A stretch of DNA of 64,000 nt, taken from Octopus sinensis. Its lineage: Eukaryota. The DNA lies in contig NC_042999.1 in NCBI RefSeq assembly GCF_006345805.1, positions 173,414,001 through 173,478,000 of the forward strand, written 5' to 3'. Of this stretch, positions 13,992-28,635 are shown piece after piece. The number at the start of each line of letters is the position of its first letter. Position 1 is the first letter of the stretch. The position numbers and the translations under genes are program-made. Below the pieces are notes generated by a model that was not told the DNA's origin, searched no databases, and saw nothing but the letters and a program-made list of their open reading frames with translations.

Positions 13992-14974
13992 TTAAAGTAC
14001 TTGTACATTATGAATTTAGTTACATCCAGCGAAGTTTTGATTTACATTCGTCTTGGATCTATGAATAAGTACTTCTTACTTCCTGTCATTGACAGGAGAA
14101 CAATCTTCACTTGAAGACTGGCGGTATTGCCAGAAATATATAATAGTCACAGTGGTGACTTAAAATACTTATGACCGTATTTGTCTCAGTTCTGATCATA
14201 CCTCTCATTCATCTACCTTTGAGAATTTACTAAAATGTAAACATAAATACTCTTCCAAATAGTTAATGTTAATCTAATATATTATTACTATACATTAGTT
14301 ACACTAATTGAGCCTTCCAGTGATCCTGGGGATTCCAACTATTGACTCTGGGATTTTTAGAAATATGTAGCCCTACAGCATTTAATTTGCCCTGTCCACA
14401 TATAATAAGCTGGGGTGAGATTTAAGGAAAATTTGGCTATTATCTCAAGCATGTCAAGCTTACATGTAATATTGTTGAATGATTTATTTGAATAAATACC
14501 GCTTCCTTAGATTATTGATCGATTGACTATTGAAAAGAAATCAATATTGCATTTCAACAATAGGAATACAGTTCTGGTCTCTGATGTGAGAACTGGATCA
14601 ATTGAAAACTGTTCTTAACGTCCTCTTTTATTAAACAGAGCATCTATCTCGCATTGAACGTAAAGGCAATTCCTCCCATTATGACAAAAAGGAATCCATA
14701 ATGCTATGAGAATTTCTTAGAAATTTGGGAAGATTACTTCTTAAAAAATGAATTCCTCGTGGTTTATACAATTTTAATATTCTCATTCAGATTTATTATC
14801 TACTCCGCAGTTAGGAACTATATCAAAAAGCGAAATAAATCGTTACTCGAAAATCACTTTTTTCAGCGCATTTAGTTCAAAGCAACCGAGGTGCTGTATG
14901 TTTGAAGCTTAGGTAGATCATGCGTGTTGCAAATGTGAATATATAATATACACGAACATGCTCAAAGTGACGTC

Positions 14975-15009
<35 letters not shown>

Positions 15010-15099
15010 TCACTTTAGCAATGCGCCTGTGGTCATCCTGGAGCACCACCATTATTTTGTATTTTCACATTCTTTTCTGGGTTGATTTCTCAGGGTGGT

Positions 15100-15380
15100 G
15101 CGATTTCATATCACCATTTCTGTGTGTGATTTGCCAGAGGTTGTTGACCCATTTGGTATATGAGGGTGTTTAAAACTACTCTCTTCATCTGTACCTCATG
15201 CTAGGTCGTTGGTTTATCCGGTATTGTGCAGAGGAAAATGTCCAGTTCCTTACTGGAGACATCTTTGTCTACATTCTGTAAGTTTTAATTTGTTTGGCAG
15301 GGGATTGAAGCAACGTGGGCCTTAGAACCCTAAGCTTTCGCAGTACTTGGTCTTGCCTTTAGATGGGGTGGTGATATCTT
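15100..15380 (-). mobile_element. CR1/L2-like LINE 3' ORF2 remnant
   Basis: Minus translation KTKYCESLGF*GPRCFNPLPNKL, then VDKDVSSKELDIFLCTIPDKP in a shifted frame, resembling the CR1-group GPRLFNxLP..VFKxxLDxFLxTIPDxP terminus. Confidence 0.6.
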
Positions 15381-17127
15381 TAGTACAATACAATGACGTA
15401 CAGCTCGAACAATTGTATAACACTCAATGCCAAAATTAGGTACCAACCCTTCCGGAATTTTCAATCTGTAAATATTTACATACAGGAGGGGCAGAGAGGA
15501 CGGACGATTTTGAAAATCTCAGAAGATCATTAAATATAGCTGCAAATAAATTTTATTGACATCGGTGTGTTCGTATTGCATTAGCATTTGTAAAAAGCAA
15601 GGGTGGAACTCAACATCCATCATGTGGTGCCTGTTTTCATTGATGCACCTCTGAAGGCTTCCAGTCTACTGTCTACAAAATAAATTGCTAGATACACTTA
15701 CCTGGAGTCCACTGTTTAGTAATGAGCTTGTTTATCTTTAGGGTTCCACTGTGTACATGTGTGGACGGACGACGAGTGTGTACAAGCGGCGGTGGGATTT
15801 TAACATGTTTAACATTGGAATAGAAAATTATGTGGTTTGCCTGTCGTGCGTCGAGCACATCTAATCATACGTTATATGTGTGAATAATGTATGTATGTAT
15901 GTATTTATGTATTATGTATGTATATATCTATATATGTATTTATATATGCATGCTGGCATCTTTGAAAGTATAAGCATACCTGTATTAATATTATATAACT
16001 GTAAAGATACATAAATGGCACAAGTGAGTGTGTACGTATGCGTGTATGCGTGAGTGTATATGTGTGCCTGTTTCTGCGTTTGAGTGCGTCTGTATGTGTC
16101 CATCTGTTCTTCTATTTTACCGATACGAAGCATCTGCCTTTTACACTAAATAATCATGAGATTTATAAGCTTGCTTCCCAATCACATGGTTCTGGGTTCA
16201 GTCCTAATGTATGGCACCTTTGGCAGGTGTCTTGTACTATAGCATCGGACCGACCAAAGCCTTGTGTGTAGATTTTGTAGACGGAAATCGAAATAAGCCC
16301 TTCTACCAAATATAGCCCGTGTATATATATATGGTGGACGCGCGTGCGTGTGTATGTTTGGCCCAACAGAATCACCACCGCTTGGCAATCGGGATAATTT
16401 GCATCCCCGTAACAAAGGTGTTCGGCAAAAGGCGCCAATATAAGTACCAGACTTTAAAAAGAAGTACTGGGGCCGACTCATTCAATCGACTGAATATTCA
16501 AGGCGGTGCCCTAGCATGGCCGCGGCCTAATGACAGAAACAAATAAAAGAGAAGATAATACTGGGTTATGGATTTCTGTGGGGTACTTTTAATTTTCAAT
16601 AATTTTTGTATTGCACAGTTGTTAGTAAATATAGGATTCTGGGAACGTTGTGAGCTGCAGTTATTAAGCTGGCTCTTCTGTTTTTTCGCATCGATTCAGA
16701 GGTCACAAACATCATGCATTAGAGGAATAACTCGTGGAAACATGGTGAATTGTGAATAATCTTGAGTACAACTCTGTTATATGCAGACAGATAATGAACT
16801 GTATTCTTAAACACTTCTGCACAATTGGCTGATTATTTCCTTTCCTAGACAAATGTTGGCATATTATACATGTTATATTCAGCCCCCAGTCTTGTATGCA
16901 GTATTGGTAAGAAGCAACTGATGGTGCAACTTACCGCAGATATTTAATTAAATATAAATGGTTTAAGATGTGATATTAAAATGCAGCTGGAAATTCAAGA
17001 CATAAACAGAAATAATTATAGATCATCTTTTGTCAGTTTACCCAGAATACATGTCCTCTTCTGTTGCAATATGTAATGTATAATCAAATATGTTTACACA
17101 AAGACATACAAATATATATATCATATA

Positions 17128-17515
17128 GGCGCAGGAGTGGCTGTGTGGTAAGTAGCTTGCTTACCAACCACATGGTTCTGAGTTCAGTCTCACTGCGTGG
17201 CACCTTGGGCAAGTGTTTTCTACTATGGCCTCGGGCCGACCAAATCCTTGTGAGTAGATTTGGTAGACGGAAACTGAAAGAAGTCCGTCGTATATATGTA
17301 TATATATATGTGTGTGTGTATATGTTTGTGTGTCTGTGCTTGTCCCTCCGACATCGCTTGGCAATCGATGCTGGTGTGTTCACGTCCCCGTAACTTAACG
17401 GTTCGGCAATACGAGACCGATAGAATAAGTACTAGGCTTACAAAGAATAAGTCCTGGGGTCGATTTTTCCCTACTAAAGGCGGTGCTCCAGCATGAATAT
17501 AACAAGTAAAAGAAG
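17128..17515 (+). mobile_element. tRNA-derived SINE family B with an internal (TA)n(TG)n microsatellite; other copies at 16165-16555, 32490-32797, 36231-36650, 38375-38790, 62744-63126, partials at 3300-3450 and 30783-30910(-)
   Basis: GGCGCAGGAGTGGCTGTGTGGTAAG (A-box), GAGTTCAGTCTC/GGTTCAGTCCC (B-box), body GGTAGACGGAAACTGAAAGAAG, tail GGCGGTGCTCCAGCATG. Repeated at least 6 times in the window. Confidence 0.9.
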
Positions 17516-17550
17516 AATATATGATATCAGCTGATGAAGCACAACTAGAC

Positions 17551-17773
17551 CTCATTAGGCACACAAACAGTTGCATAATCAAATACCTGTATCTTTGGAG
17601 AACTACGTTGCGTGGAAACATTTGTAGTGATTAAAATAACTGTCCAAACATACACCTTCTTCTTGTCTCCAATTTCTTCAACATATATATATGTTTGTGT
17701 GCATATATATATTAATGTAAATTTTCTCAAACATTTTATCACAGCTAGAGGATGAAAGAATTTCATGTTGCCA
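17551..17773 (-). CDS. Putative exon 3 of a minus-strand gene, possibly the C-terminal part of a UPA-like domain
   Basis: Acceptor tttttcttgctgcaatAG|T completes the phase-2 codon (AG+T = Ser) from the upstream exon. Reads SGNMKFFHPLAVIK...YVEEIGDKKKVYVWTVILI...DYATVCVPNE. The donor is either GAG|GTCTAG (17551) or CAG|GTATTT (17587), or the frame stops at 17545. Confidence 0.5.
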
Positions 17774-18687
17774 CTATTGCAGCAAGAAAAATACATTTAA
17801 ACATATATACACACACACTCTTACATACTTCCGTACGTACATACGTCCATACATATATACATACACATGCATTATACATACAATCACACATACATACATA
17901 ATACATACATACTATAAAAGGGGTGAATTATCACAATTCCAATTGTTTAAATGAATTAATGAAATATTCGGTCATCGACATCGTGGAATCTTTTTTTTCG
18001 CAAATTAATCATCAATGTTAGTAAAGAAACTGAATTAATTGATTCATTCGATACTTTAGTTGTCTTTTGTTTCTATCAAATTTGAATCTTCAAGAATATT
18101 GTCCTCCTTTACAATGGGTAGCCGCATATAGCCTTCTGTCTATATGTTAATTTAAATGGATAAATAATAGAACCAAACTGCTGGTTAATGCATATAAATT
18201 GGAGCTCATGGTAAAGGATTCTTCAAAAAATGTTTACTTTTACTACCCTGCGGATAACTGGAATGAAAGGATTTGCAAGTATTTTCGCAAGTAATTAACA
18301 TCTATTGAATGATCCAAGATGATGAAGAACATTATACGAATGCATAATGGCTTAATAACCCTCTGAGACACAATGCATATATGTGTGTGTGTTTATGTAT
18401 GTAGGTGTATATACATTTCTATTTACGTATGTATATATGTATGTATGCTTGTATGTATGCATATATGTATGATTATATTTATGTACACATCCATAATAAT
18501 TGTTGATTTGTGATTTGCAGTATCAAGGCATAAGTTTAAAACTATAATTATATGTCAGAGTTTATACGCAATTCTTCGTTGAATGCCTCGCAGAAAATGT
18601 TGACATGTAAGCAAAATTATCATTACATTGTGAACAACAATCATTCATGAAATTCCATATATTTACATAATTGACACTGTGTTTTAC

Positions 18688-18884
18688 CTTTCTTCTTTTC
18701 TAAATTCAACATTCAATTCTTTGATTTCTACTTTTGGTCCTGAACCTAATGTCAACGAACAGGCCAATTGCTTTTGACGGCGTAAACCAGGTGAAACCAT
18801 GTGATGCAAAAGGATTTTTTGGACTCCATAAGATAGATCAGATATTAATGATTGGATTTTCTCGACTTGCTTCTTTATATTTTC
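18688..18884 (-). CDS. Putative exon 2 (197 nt)
   Basis: Acceptor ttaactttccatttgtcAG, donor AAG|GTAAAA. Only one of the three frames is open: ENIKKQVEKIQSLISDLSYGVQKILLHHMVSPGLRRQKQLACSLTLGSGPKVEIKELNVEFRKEE. Confidence 0.6.
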
Positions 18885-19048
18885 CTGACAAATGGAAAGT
18901 TAACTGAAAAATTTCCAATGTTTTCATTTGATATGTTCTGTGTCAGACCATAAATTATAGAATTATGTAAAATACTGTGAATATAGAGTTTACAAACAGC
19001 GGTTGTTGCAGTGCGCATTTTCATCTATTTTATGTTACTTGAATTTGC

Positions 19049-19216
19049 CTTTACAACTGTCAGACATGAAAATTTGTAGACGACTTTAGTACCCAAATTT
19101 GTACCAGCCAGCAAATAACTCATCATGCATTCGCTATTTTCAGGAGCATGTAACACTTTAATGTCCATTCGTTTAGATGTCAGGCATGAAAATGGAAAGA
19201 AAACAAAATTGTTAAC
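19049..19216 (-). CDS. Putative exon 1 of the intact trio (168 nt)
   Basis: Acceptor ctttcatacattatgcAG. Open frame VNNFVFFPFSCLTSKRMDIKVLHAPENSECMMSYLLAGTNLGTKVVYKFSCLTVVK. A phase-0 donor (AAG|GCAAAT, GC-AG type, or GTT|GTAAAG) joins it in frame to exon 2. Confidence 0.5.
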
Positions 19217-22004
19217 CTGCATAATGTATGAAAGAGAAGGCAATAAAATAAAAGTTTATTAAATAATCGTTCGCAATAAATAACTGAATATTACTGTTGT
19301 TCTTGATATTTGATCAGAAACACAATTTAAAAAGTATTATCATTGATTAAATATTGTCTAAGTTAGAAAACGTTACAATTACAGCATCGTAATTTTTTCT
19401 TTCGCGACCGAATAATATATAATTCCATTTTAATGTACTCTTCAGATACACCATTAACACTTACAGACGATCTCCGAGACTAGCAATGCAAAATAAATGT
19501 CTAAGCATTAGACATCTGCTTAAAATATAGATCAAAACTGTTTACAATCTTTAAATTATGTATCAAATTCAACGTAACCAGAAAAGATAGTAATCACTAA
19601 GGCTAGAAAAAGAATATGATGGGCCATTCCCTTCACACGTAAATATTCTCAATAGTCACCAATGAAAGATTTTTTAAAAAGTACTCCAATGGAGTCACTA
19701 AAAAATACTCTCATTGTTAAAACAATCAGCGTAGACAGGAAGATAAAGTAATGCTATATCATAATTGAATATCGTGGAATAGTTATGCTATATAATATGC
19801 GAAGACATAATTATCAATTAAGAGGTATTAGACGCCAGGTTGTTGAATGACCCTTGGTTTAAGAGTTAAGAAAGGTGACGTTTCACTTTAATATGAGGGA
19901 CTGTTTTATTCTGCCAAATTTTGATATTCACATAGAGATTTCTATTCCTAATTTCTTCTCCAACAGGTATTTTCTCATAAACATTATTTGAAACTAGTTG
20001 GTGGTGTTAAATTCTTTACATATGATGACTGAATATCGCAAACATTATTGTAAGAAACTGAGAAACATCCCTTCTGTTTTACAAATTCAAAAATGTTATT
20101 AATGTATGGTGGAAGGGTGTGCTTAAAGCAAAACTGTTGCTTTTCTTCTACTTTATTTCAGTCAAAAATATAATCATAGCAAATGTGTTTTGTAAATGAA
20201 TTAACTCTGGCCTAAAGAGAAAGATGATGATTGATAATATCAAGCCGAATATAATTGAATATATTAAATGTAATGTTACATATTGTCAATGGACCTGTTT
20301 TCCCCTTTTTACTACTTTTATAAATTGTCAAAATTTATCCACTTGGCAACTTTATAATAAAACTCCATTGATTGGAGAAACACGTCAAAACCTTGCTTGC
20401 CATTTATGTAATACATATGCATACTATGCCAAGGAGGGTTATTTCGAAACTGACTGTTTCGTTTCAAAGTAATATTTTTGAGGCTCAATTTTCATAGAGT
20501 GGTATGTAGAGTAAGAAGTTAGCCATCGAAAGCTATTTCAACTTCCGGTTAAATTTATTGCTCGTAACTTATTTGCCACAAATAGTTTCAGGAAAGATAC
20601 AAGTTTTAGAATATCTCATTAGCAGTCATTTTGAAACTCACGTTGCAAATACAATGACAATAAATTGTGTTCAACTTCTTTTAATTTAGTATCTTTAGAA
20701 ATCAATATTTACAATTCACAGAAAGTCACACTATAAAACAAATGTTCATTACTCAATTTATAGTAATTCCCTAGCAAACTTTTCTACATCTCATTTTTTT
20801 TTAATGAAATTATATTGTTTCAATTTAATTAAATATTATTTCAATAAATTTTGTTTTGTTTACATACATTTTGTAAATTTTTTACCTTTGCTAAAATAAA
20901 AAGATTAGCTGATCATTAAATTTAATTGAAATGATTTTAATAAAATAGGAAAAAGTAATAAAATTATTTACTAAAAACAGAAAAGTCTAGCAGTTTAGTC
21001 ACAGGTCAGACAACATTTTTTATAAACAATCTAATTCCTTCCAGTCAAAGAGGAACGATTCAAGGAACTACACCTACCATTCAAAATCCCACATTTACTG
21101 AAATGTCTAAGAAATCTTGTCGTTACTAGCATTGCTCTACAGTGAAAACATTGGACGTATCTGTTATGTTTTCTATAGATCCTGTCTCTAATATACAGAT
21201 ACCATCAGACTGATAATGAACGAGTGTACTATTTGTTTCAATTGTAATAAATGTACATGCTCACAGTTTTCAACAGTTCATGATATTATAAAGTATCAAA
21301 TTGTATAACAACGCCATTACTGTGACAAAATATATAACCATGTGACATGCAGAGAATGATATGTTAATTTACTGATATGGAAAACTTATTAAGCGAAAAA
21401 CAAGTAGGCGATAACTTACCCATACACATACATGCACACACACACATACACATAGAATAGAGTGCGGATTGATAGCATGTACGATACGCTCGTAAAATGA
21501 TCTAGGTAACTAAGTTTTTTTGGGAACTACTATGCGAAGCTTGGAACAACATGAATGTATGTATATTTCTCAATGCACAGTGGAGGAATAGAACATTGAA
21601 TTTTCTGATCGTGACTCCAACAAGATATCCAAAAGTCGACGCGCTTTCACACATAAATGCACACACATATCTCCTGACTTCAGGTTTATCTATGTATCTA
21701 TGTATGTATGTATATATATATGTATGTATGTATCTATCTGTCTATCTATTTATTTATCTATGTATGTATAGATAGTTTGCTGTTCTGTTCAGGTAAAATC
21801 AACAAAGAACTACACCAGTCAGTGATAGGCAAATTTCCCTGTACTAAAATACACTGCTGCTAATAGCTTCTTGCGATTAAGAGACGCGGTTAGGGATCAT
21901 ATAAAAAACTGCCCAATCACATGTGTTAATGGCATGAAACTATTAGTTATACTTATTTTATACAACATACATTAAATGTTATATATAGATAACGAAAAGT
22001 GCAA

Positions 22005-22441
<437 letters not shown>

Positions 22442-23489
22442 TATACAAGAAAATGAGATGGCAAAGGAATAAAGGACTATCTTACGAACTTCATTAGCTT
22501 ACAACTGTTTCTGCTATGAGATGCAGTAGAATCATAGTTGTGTACGGAGTGAGTAAGGGTGTGTGTGTGTGTGTGCGTGTATGTGTGTGTGTGAGTTTGT
22601 GTGTGTATGTGTGAGTGAGTGAATGTGTTTATATATGTGTGCGCTCGTGCGCTAGAGAGAGCAGTAATCCGCTCCAGCTGGTAATATATAGAAAAATAAG
22701 TGACAACCAGTCACTAATCTTGCAACAGAGCAAAGTAGCTAGTCCAAAAATATCCACAAGAGATGAAAGTAGTTACTGAGAAGTAATGTTTATCGCCACT
22801 TCAATACGACTGTTCTGTAGGAACCATCGTTTCTACCGTTTTTAACCCCAAATAGAGCACACTCCTGCTGCTTATCGATGCAGTTTGCGCGAGATATATG
22901 TGGCAGTCAGTGGATGGAACCCCTACCATCTTCTAGAGATGGCAATGGGACCATCAGCGTCGCTAGTAAATGTATCACGTCTTTTAACAAGTTGGTGTAA
23001 TTATAATTCGTAATTTTTTCTTTGCAATTTAATTAAATTTTTAATCAATTAAAACTTGTGTAATGTTCTTTTTGATTTTATTCAATTCCTCATTAATAAG
23101 CAATGATTATTTTATCGCTTCTATATATCTTATTATTTTTATTAAGCAAACCTAATGCTATCCTTGCCTTTTTTATATATAATTCCAATTATATTTTCGG
23201 GTTCCAGGCAGTTTAAATGAATTAAAATTTTTTTATGCTTTTGTTGCTTTCGAAATGTATATTTAGTTTCTTTTGTAAATTCTGTTTTATCACAAGTACC
23301 TATGTATTATTTATTTTTGTCTTGTAATTGGCAAACAGTGTTTAAATATTTTTGACGTTGTCAACGCCGCCGGATTGATCGGTACTATTAGGTGTCAAAA
23401 CCGTTATTATGCCAATACAGTAATTATAACATGATGTCTATGCCAATTTAGATCAAAATTATTGTTGTGATATACATGAGGTTGCTTAT

Positions 23490-24135
23490 ATTTACCCTGC
23501 GCGCGTAAGTGAAAGCAAGGTATTGTAGTCGTTCGTTTTTCTCTGTGTGTTTGCAAAATTACTGGAAAACGGCTGAACAGATTTTCACCAATTTTTTTTT
23601 TTTTTTTGACAGAAATACTCATTGGGTCAGTGCCTCGAACTTATTCAATTTTGGTTCGGTGAATCAAAACGGTTTTTTCTTTGTTACATATGCATAAACG
23701 ATAGGCAGAAAATATAACACTTGATGTCATTTTGTTGAAATATGAAATCGTCTGAGATTAAATTAAATTTTATTTTATCCCTTTTGCGCGCAGTGTATGC
23801 ATCGCTACCCTGACCCTTTTGTTTTTCATTACCCTGCGCGCGTAAAGGAGAGCAAGGTATTATAGTCGTTCGTTTTAGTCTGTTTGTGTTTGCAAAATTA
23901 CTCACCTAATTTGGCAGAATTACGTATTGGGGGAGTGGCTCGAGCTCATTAAAATTTGGTTCGGTGAATCAAAATGTATTTTTTTCTTTGTTACATATGC
24001 TTAAAGGATAAGTAGGGAAATAACACTTGATGTCATTTTGTTGAAATATGAAATTGTCTGAGATTATTTATTTAGATTATATCTTATCCCTGTGTATGCG
24101 CAAAGTCTGCATCGCTACTCCGATACCTTTTTTCA
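23490..24135 (+). mobile_element. Head-to-tail dimer of a Helentron-associated (HINE/DINE-1-like) non-autonomous element
   Basis: Two units of about 310-335 bp (23490-23825, 23828-24135). Each starts with the hairpin TACCCTGC..GCAAGGTA, followed by a short GTTT/GTCT-like tract, GCAAAATTACT, and ends GCATCGCTAC(C/T)C..ACC(C)TTTT at T-rich junctions. Confidence 0.6.
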
Positions 24136-24699
24136 TTTCCTTCTGTGGTTCTTACTCATAATCTTTGTATTATTATTTGTCCTCCTGGTCATTAAGGATT
24201 TTCCTTACGGTTCCTATTAGATGGGGTTTAGTGTTACTGTTTCTGTTATCAGCTCATCATTCTGTATTAAAGGTTTATTAGATTCTTAAATTTAATCGCA
24301 TCAAGACGGAAGTTTCAATAAGTGCTCGTCATATTAGATTAAGAAATTAGCGGCATTGCAATTATAGATATTATCTGTTAATTACATTATAGCGAACTTG
24401 CGACACACCAACACGCACTCACGCGCGCACACACATAGACGCACATGCACATGCACACACACACACACTTACACACACACACACACAAACATTTACAGAC
24501 GCACACAGGCACACAGACACACACACGTATTAACTGTATCTGGTTATGGAAGTAAGAAAGAAGGAATATAAGGTAGGTGATAGATACCAAAACACGGAAA
24601 AATGAAGGTGGATGACCATTGGATATATCCTACGTATAGAGGAATAGCTGCAAAGGGAGCAAACGATATGTAGACAGGTATGTAGTTAGTTCTATCTGT

Positions 24700-25265
24700 T
24701 TGTATGTATGTATGTACGTATGTATGTAAGTATGTATGTATGTATGTATGTATGTATGTATGTATGTATGTATGAGTGTATGTATGTATTTATATATGTA
24801 TGCATGTATGTATGTATGTATGTACGTATGTATTGAATGATGGATGGTTGGGTGGAGTGATGGATGGATGGTTACAGGTATGTATGTACGAATGTATGTA
24901 TGTGGGTAAGCGAGTAGATAGCTAGGTAGATGTTAGGTTGGTTGACAGGTAGGTAGGTAGGTTGTAGGTAGCTAGGTAGGTTGGTAGGTAGGTTGGTAGG
25001 TAGGTAGGTAGGTAGGTAGGGAGTAGGTAGGTAGGTAGGTAGGTAGGTAAATATGTAGGTAGGTAGGTAGGTAGATAGGTAGGTAGGTAGGTAGGTAGGT
25101 AGGTAGATATGTAGGTAGGTAGGTAGGTAGGTAGGTAGGTAGGTAGGTAGGTAGGTAGGTAGGTAGGTAGGTAGGTAGGTAGGTAGGTAGGTAGGGAGAT
25201 GTGGAGGTAGGTAGGTATATATGGAGGTAGGTAGGTACGTACGTATGTACGTAAGTCATTAGGTA
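24700..25265. repeat. Compound tetranucleotide microsatellite (TATG)n-(TGGA)n-(TAGG)n
   Basis: Read directly from the sequence. It produces the spurious YLPT-repeat ORFs. Confidence 0.95.
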
Positions 25266-26214
25266 GGTATATTAGAGCGGGTTCTAAAAATGTGTCAAAT
25301 TCCGAAATAGTTGATAAAAGCAGGAAATAAGGGAAAAGAATGGGAAGAGAATAAAATGACTTGTCTAGAAAGATCAATGTAGAAGATAGATGCAAAAGAG
25401 AATGAGAAACTTCACAACGTAAACTTACACAAAGAAAGCGACTAAACAGCAGATAATACAGTATGAAACTAAAACAAGAAAAATAGAGATAGCAACGGTT
25501 TCTGAAATCGATAAAGGATTGAAATAAAAGGAAACAGGGATAAATAAAGAACTGTTGTAAAGGAGTGATAGAGAAATGGCTAGTTTAAAAATTGAAGTGA
25601 AATAAATATATAAATTTATAAATAGCTTGATAACAAAATAGCAGAGTGACAGGACCGAAGTAGAATTTAAAAGAGAAAAATGGAGTAAACTTGGGGAAAT
25701 AAAGTTTTATAAACACAGGAGAGTTACAGCAATATTAGTCTTTAAAGGTTAGTCAAAGATGAAGAGCAGTGCATATGACGTTTTCGGATCAAGGTCATGA
25801 TTTTGGCCAGCTCTGCCAGACGTGTGTGATTAATTGCTTTGCGTTCAGTTAGAAAATTGTTTAAATTAATGTTTGGAGGGGAAAAAAGAGCATGAGTGTG
25901 AGGATATTCCTCGGGGTTGCATTGTTGGTCAGTAACGTCCAGACGAATTTCTAACTTCGTTTTGTGAGGAGATTAAAAATAATGAATGGGATACATTTGT
26001 ATGTATGTGTGTTATATGAATGTATTTATATTGTATGTATGCATATTGTATGTACGTGTGTATGTATGTACGCATGCATGTACGTATGTATGTACGTATG
26101 TATGTATGTATACATGTATGTATGAGCCTACGTATATTTATGTATATATGTGTGTATGTATATATGTATGTATTTATGTATGTGTGCATGCATGCATATG
26201 TACGTAAGCTAATG

Positions 26215-28200
26215 GAAGTTTACCAAAGCTCCTAACACATGGGTGTGTTAACTAGATTATCCGTATTTTTTTAATTAGCTGAGGTATTTTTTACAATAAG
26301 CATAGACTGCACTCAACCTCGGCGAAACAAAGATATTGGGCCTTTTATGTTTTCACTTGATAGAAGTTTTGGTAAGAATTTTTCACCAACATTCCTTATG
26401 TTCGTATTTGTGTATGTATTCAATAACAATGGGATTCTCTTTCTTTTTATCTCAGGACAGTAGTTTTCTGGCTTATTGTATATTGTTTTAGCGACTTAAT
26501 ATTGCATTAGGAGGAAAGAAATTGATGAAAAGGTTTTCTCCAGCTGCTGGTCGCAGGTGCGACATCTTTCATGAATATGGGAAATAATTCACAATTCCGG
26601 TTGCACCTTGCGACTCCAATCGCTCCACTGTTTCTTTCTTACGTTAGATATTTAGCAGCATTCTACAGCACTAGGATTACATATGCATAGTCTTTGAATT
26701 GTGATGCGATATATTGGTAGCGATTCTAAGAAATCATGCACGTTATGTTGATATTACTGTCATTTTTGAGTCTTCGAGAAATATACACCTGCTTGGTTTT
26801 TATTTATTCATTTATTAGTATATTTTTGATATGCTGAGAGTTTTACATCTAAGTTTCTTTAAGGTATCTAGTTCAACTCTTTTGGGCTGTGTGGGTGGTC
26901 ATCAAGAAGAGAGCAGTTTCTATGGAACTCAATACTCACCTGTCGGATGTAGTTCACTTTGCTTTTCAAATCTAGGCTTATATACTCATTTTTGCAACGG
27001 TAATTTAGCAGGTGCAGTCTTTAAAATACTATACAACATTAAAAACTAATCCTCTACTCCATTCGTTTCGTTTTAGGTGATGCCTGTCGACATCAATGTT
27101 CGTATGAAAGTCTCATTGATGACAGCATTTTGCAGCTCTAATGACCATACAATGGAGTTGTTTTGCAAACTAGTTAAATCTCCCAGATACTGGTATTAAG
27201 ACTATTGCTGGAAATGCATTGTGGAATATTATATTGTTGAAAGGGGAGAGCTCTCACTGCCATACATTTTTCAGATCAGTTTAATAATCTCGTTTACCTT
27301 TTTTATTAATTGTTTTACATATGTTCACGGCACTTTCGTAAAATATATTATCATCAATGACGAATGATTTTAGCCCTCTTATTGCGGAATAGCAGAGCTA
27401 GAGAGGGCTTTGTAGCAAGTGTATTCGGTATGAAGAACTGATTTCGCTGGGTCAAATACCAACATTTCATTTCGCCAAATTTCATTCCTATGTCAGCTGA
27501 CAATATTATTAACTCCATCTGTGTTTTTGGCATTTTACCCACATTTAATAATAAGTATGGATTACATTGATATTTGAAGCAGTTGACGACCCTAACAAGC
27601 AGCCATTGGACATTTGTAACGGAAATGATAATGAATTTAGTAGCAAAATAAACAGAATTGTAGAAAAAAATTATCTCTTTAGAATATTACTTAGGAACTA
27701 TTTATAATGCTGGGTATGATTGATCCGCTTCCACTTGTAAGTATAAGGATTATTATCCTGGTGCTTGTGAGCCTCTCAGTGGCACCAACTAACGCAGCAG
27801 GTACTTTTGTCAGGTGCAAAAGCTTGAGTGGTGAACATAGCTTTCATATAAATAAGCTATACTATCTCAAGGTTATTTTTTGGCGTTTTCTTAATTCGAA
27901 GAACAGAGTTTTCTTCAACATTTGTTCGGCACATCCCCACATTCCATTTTTACACCTACCTCAAAGTAATCCAAGTGGAATTTATTGAGAACAACTAGTA
28001 AATCTGCGCATAAATTTTAGTTATGAAATGAACCTATAAATTTCTGCCAACATGATTCGTCTGTAATATAACAAGCTAGATAGATATTTCAATCTGGCCT
28101 TCCATAATTCTTTTGAGCATACACATTCTTTTGAGTATACACCGGTATCCAACTATTGTCTCCCAATAGGTAGTTTGACGACAGCTACGATGAAATATGC
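26215..28200 (-). mobile_element. Decayed R4/Dong-like non-LTR retrotransposon (RT, thumb and RLE remnants)
   Basis: QMELIILSADIGMKFGEMKCWYL (~27450-27520), WQ*ELSPFNNIIFHNAFPAIVLIP (~27190-27262), TKTSIK*KHKRP (~26340-26375), VLGAL (~26225). Confidence 0.7.
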
Positions 28201-28552
28201 AGGGTCGTTTGTGTGTACTTTAATTTCCTCGCTGTATTCATTCATCTACAAGGCATTCTCTTTGAGATTTCTCTTTTTGCTGCAGATCTTAGACTATAGG
28301 GATTTAAGTTCTTGTGAAGGAGCTTGCTTAACGGCAAAATTTATTTCTTCTTTTCGTTTTAATGCTCATCGATTCGAAGCAAACTTTGATTTATACTGAC
28401 TCGCTGGAAATACTTTCTTCTATAATATATATATATATGTATGTTTTATATATCAAGCCCAAGCGTGTTTATTTGTTTATTTGCTCAATTATATCCATAC
28501 CTGCTCACCTGGCTTCCTTTGGTTATGCATATATACATACATACATACACAC

Positions 28553-28629
<77 letters not shown>

Positions 28630-28635
<6 letters not shown>

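Noticed and set aside
22490-22680. Minus-strand GAAACAGTTGTAAGCTA half-hammerhead with a (TG)n-expanded loop
   Set aside because: No convincing CUGANGA half or stem I partner could be placed.
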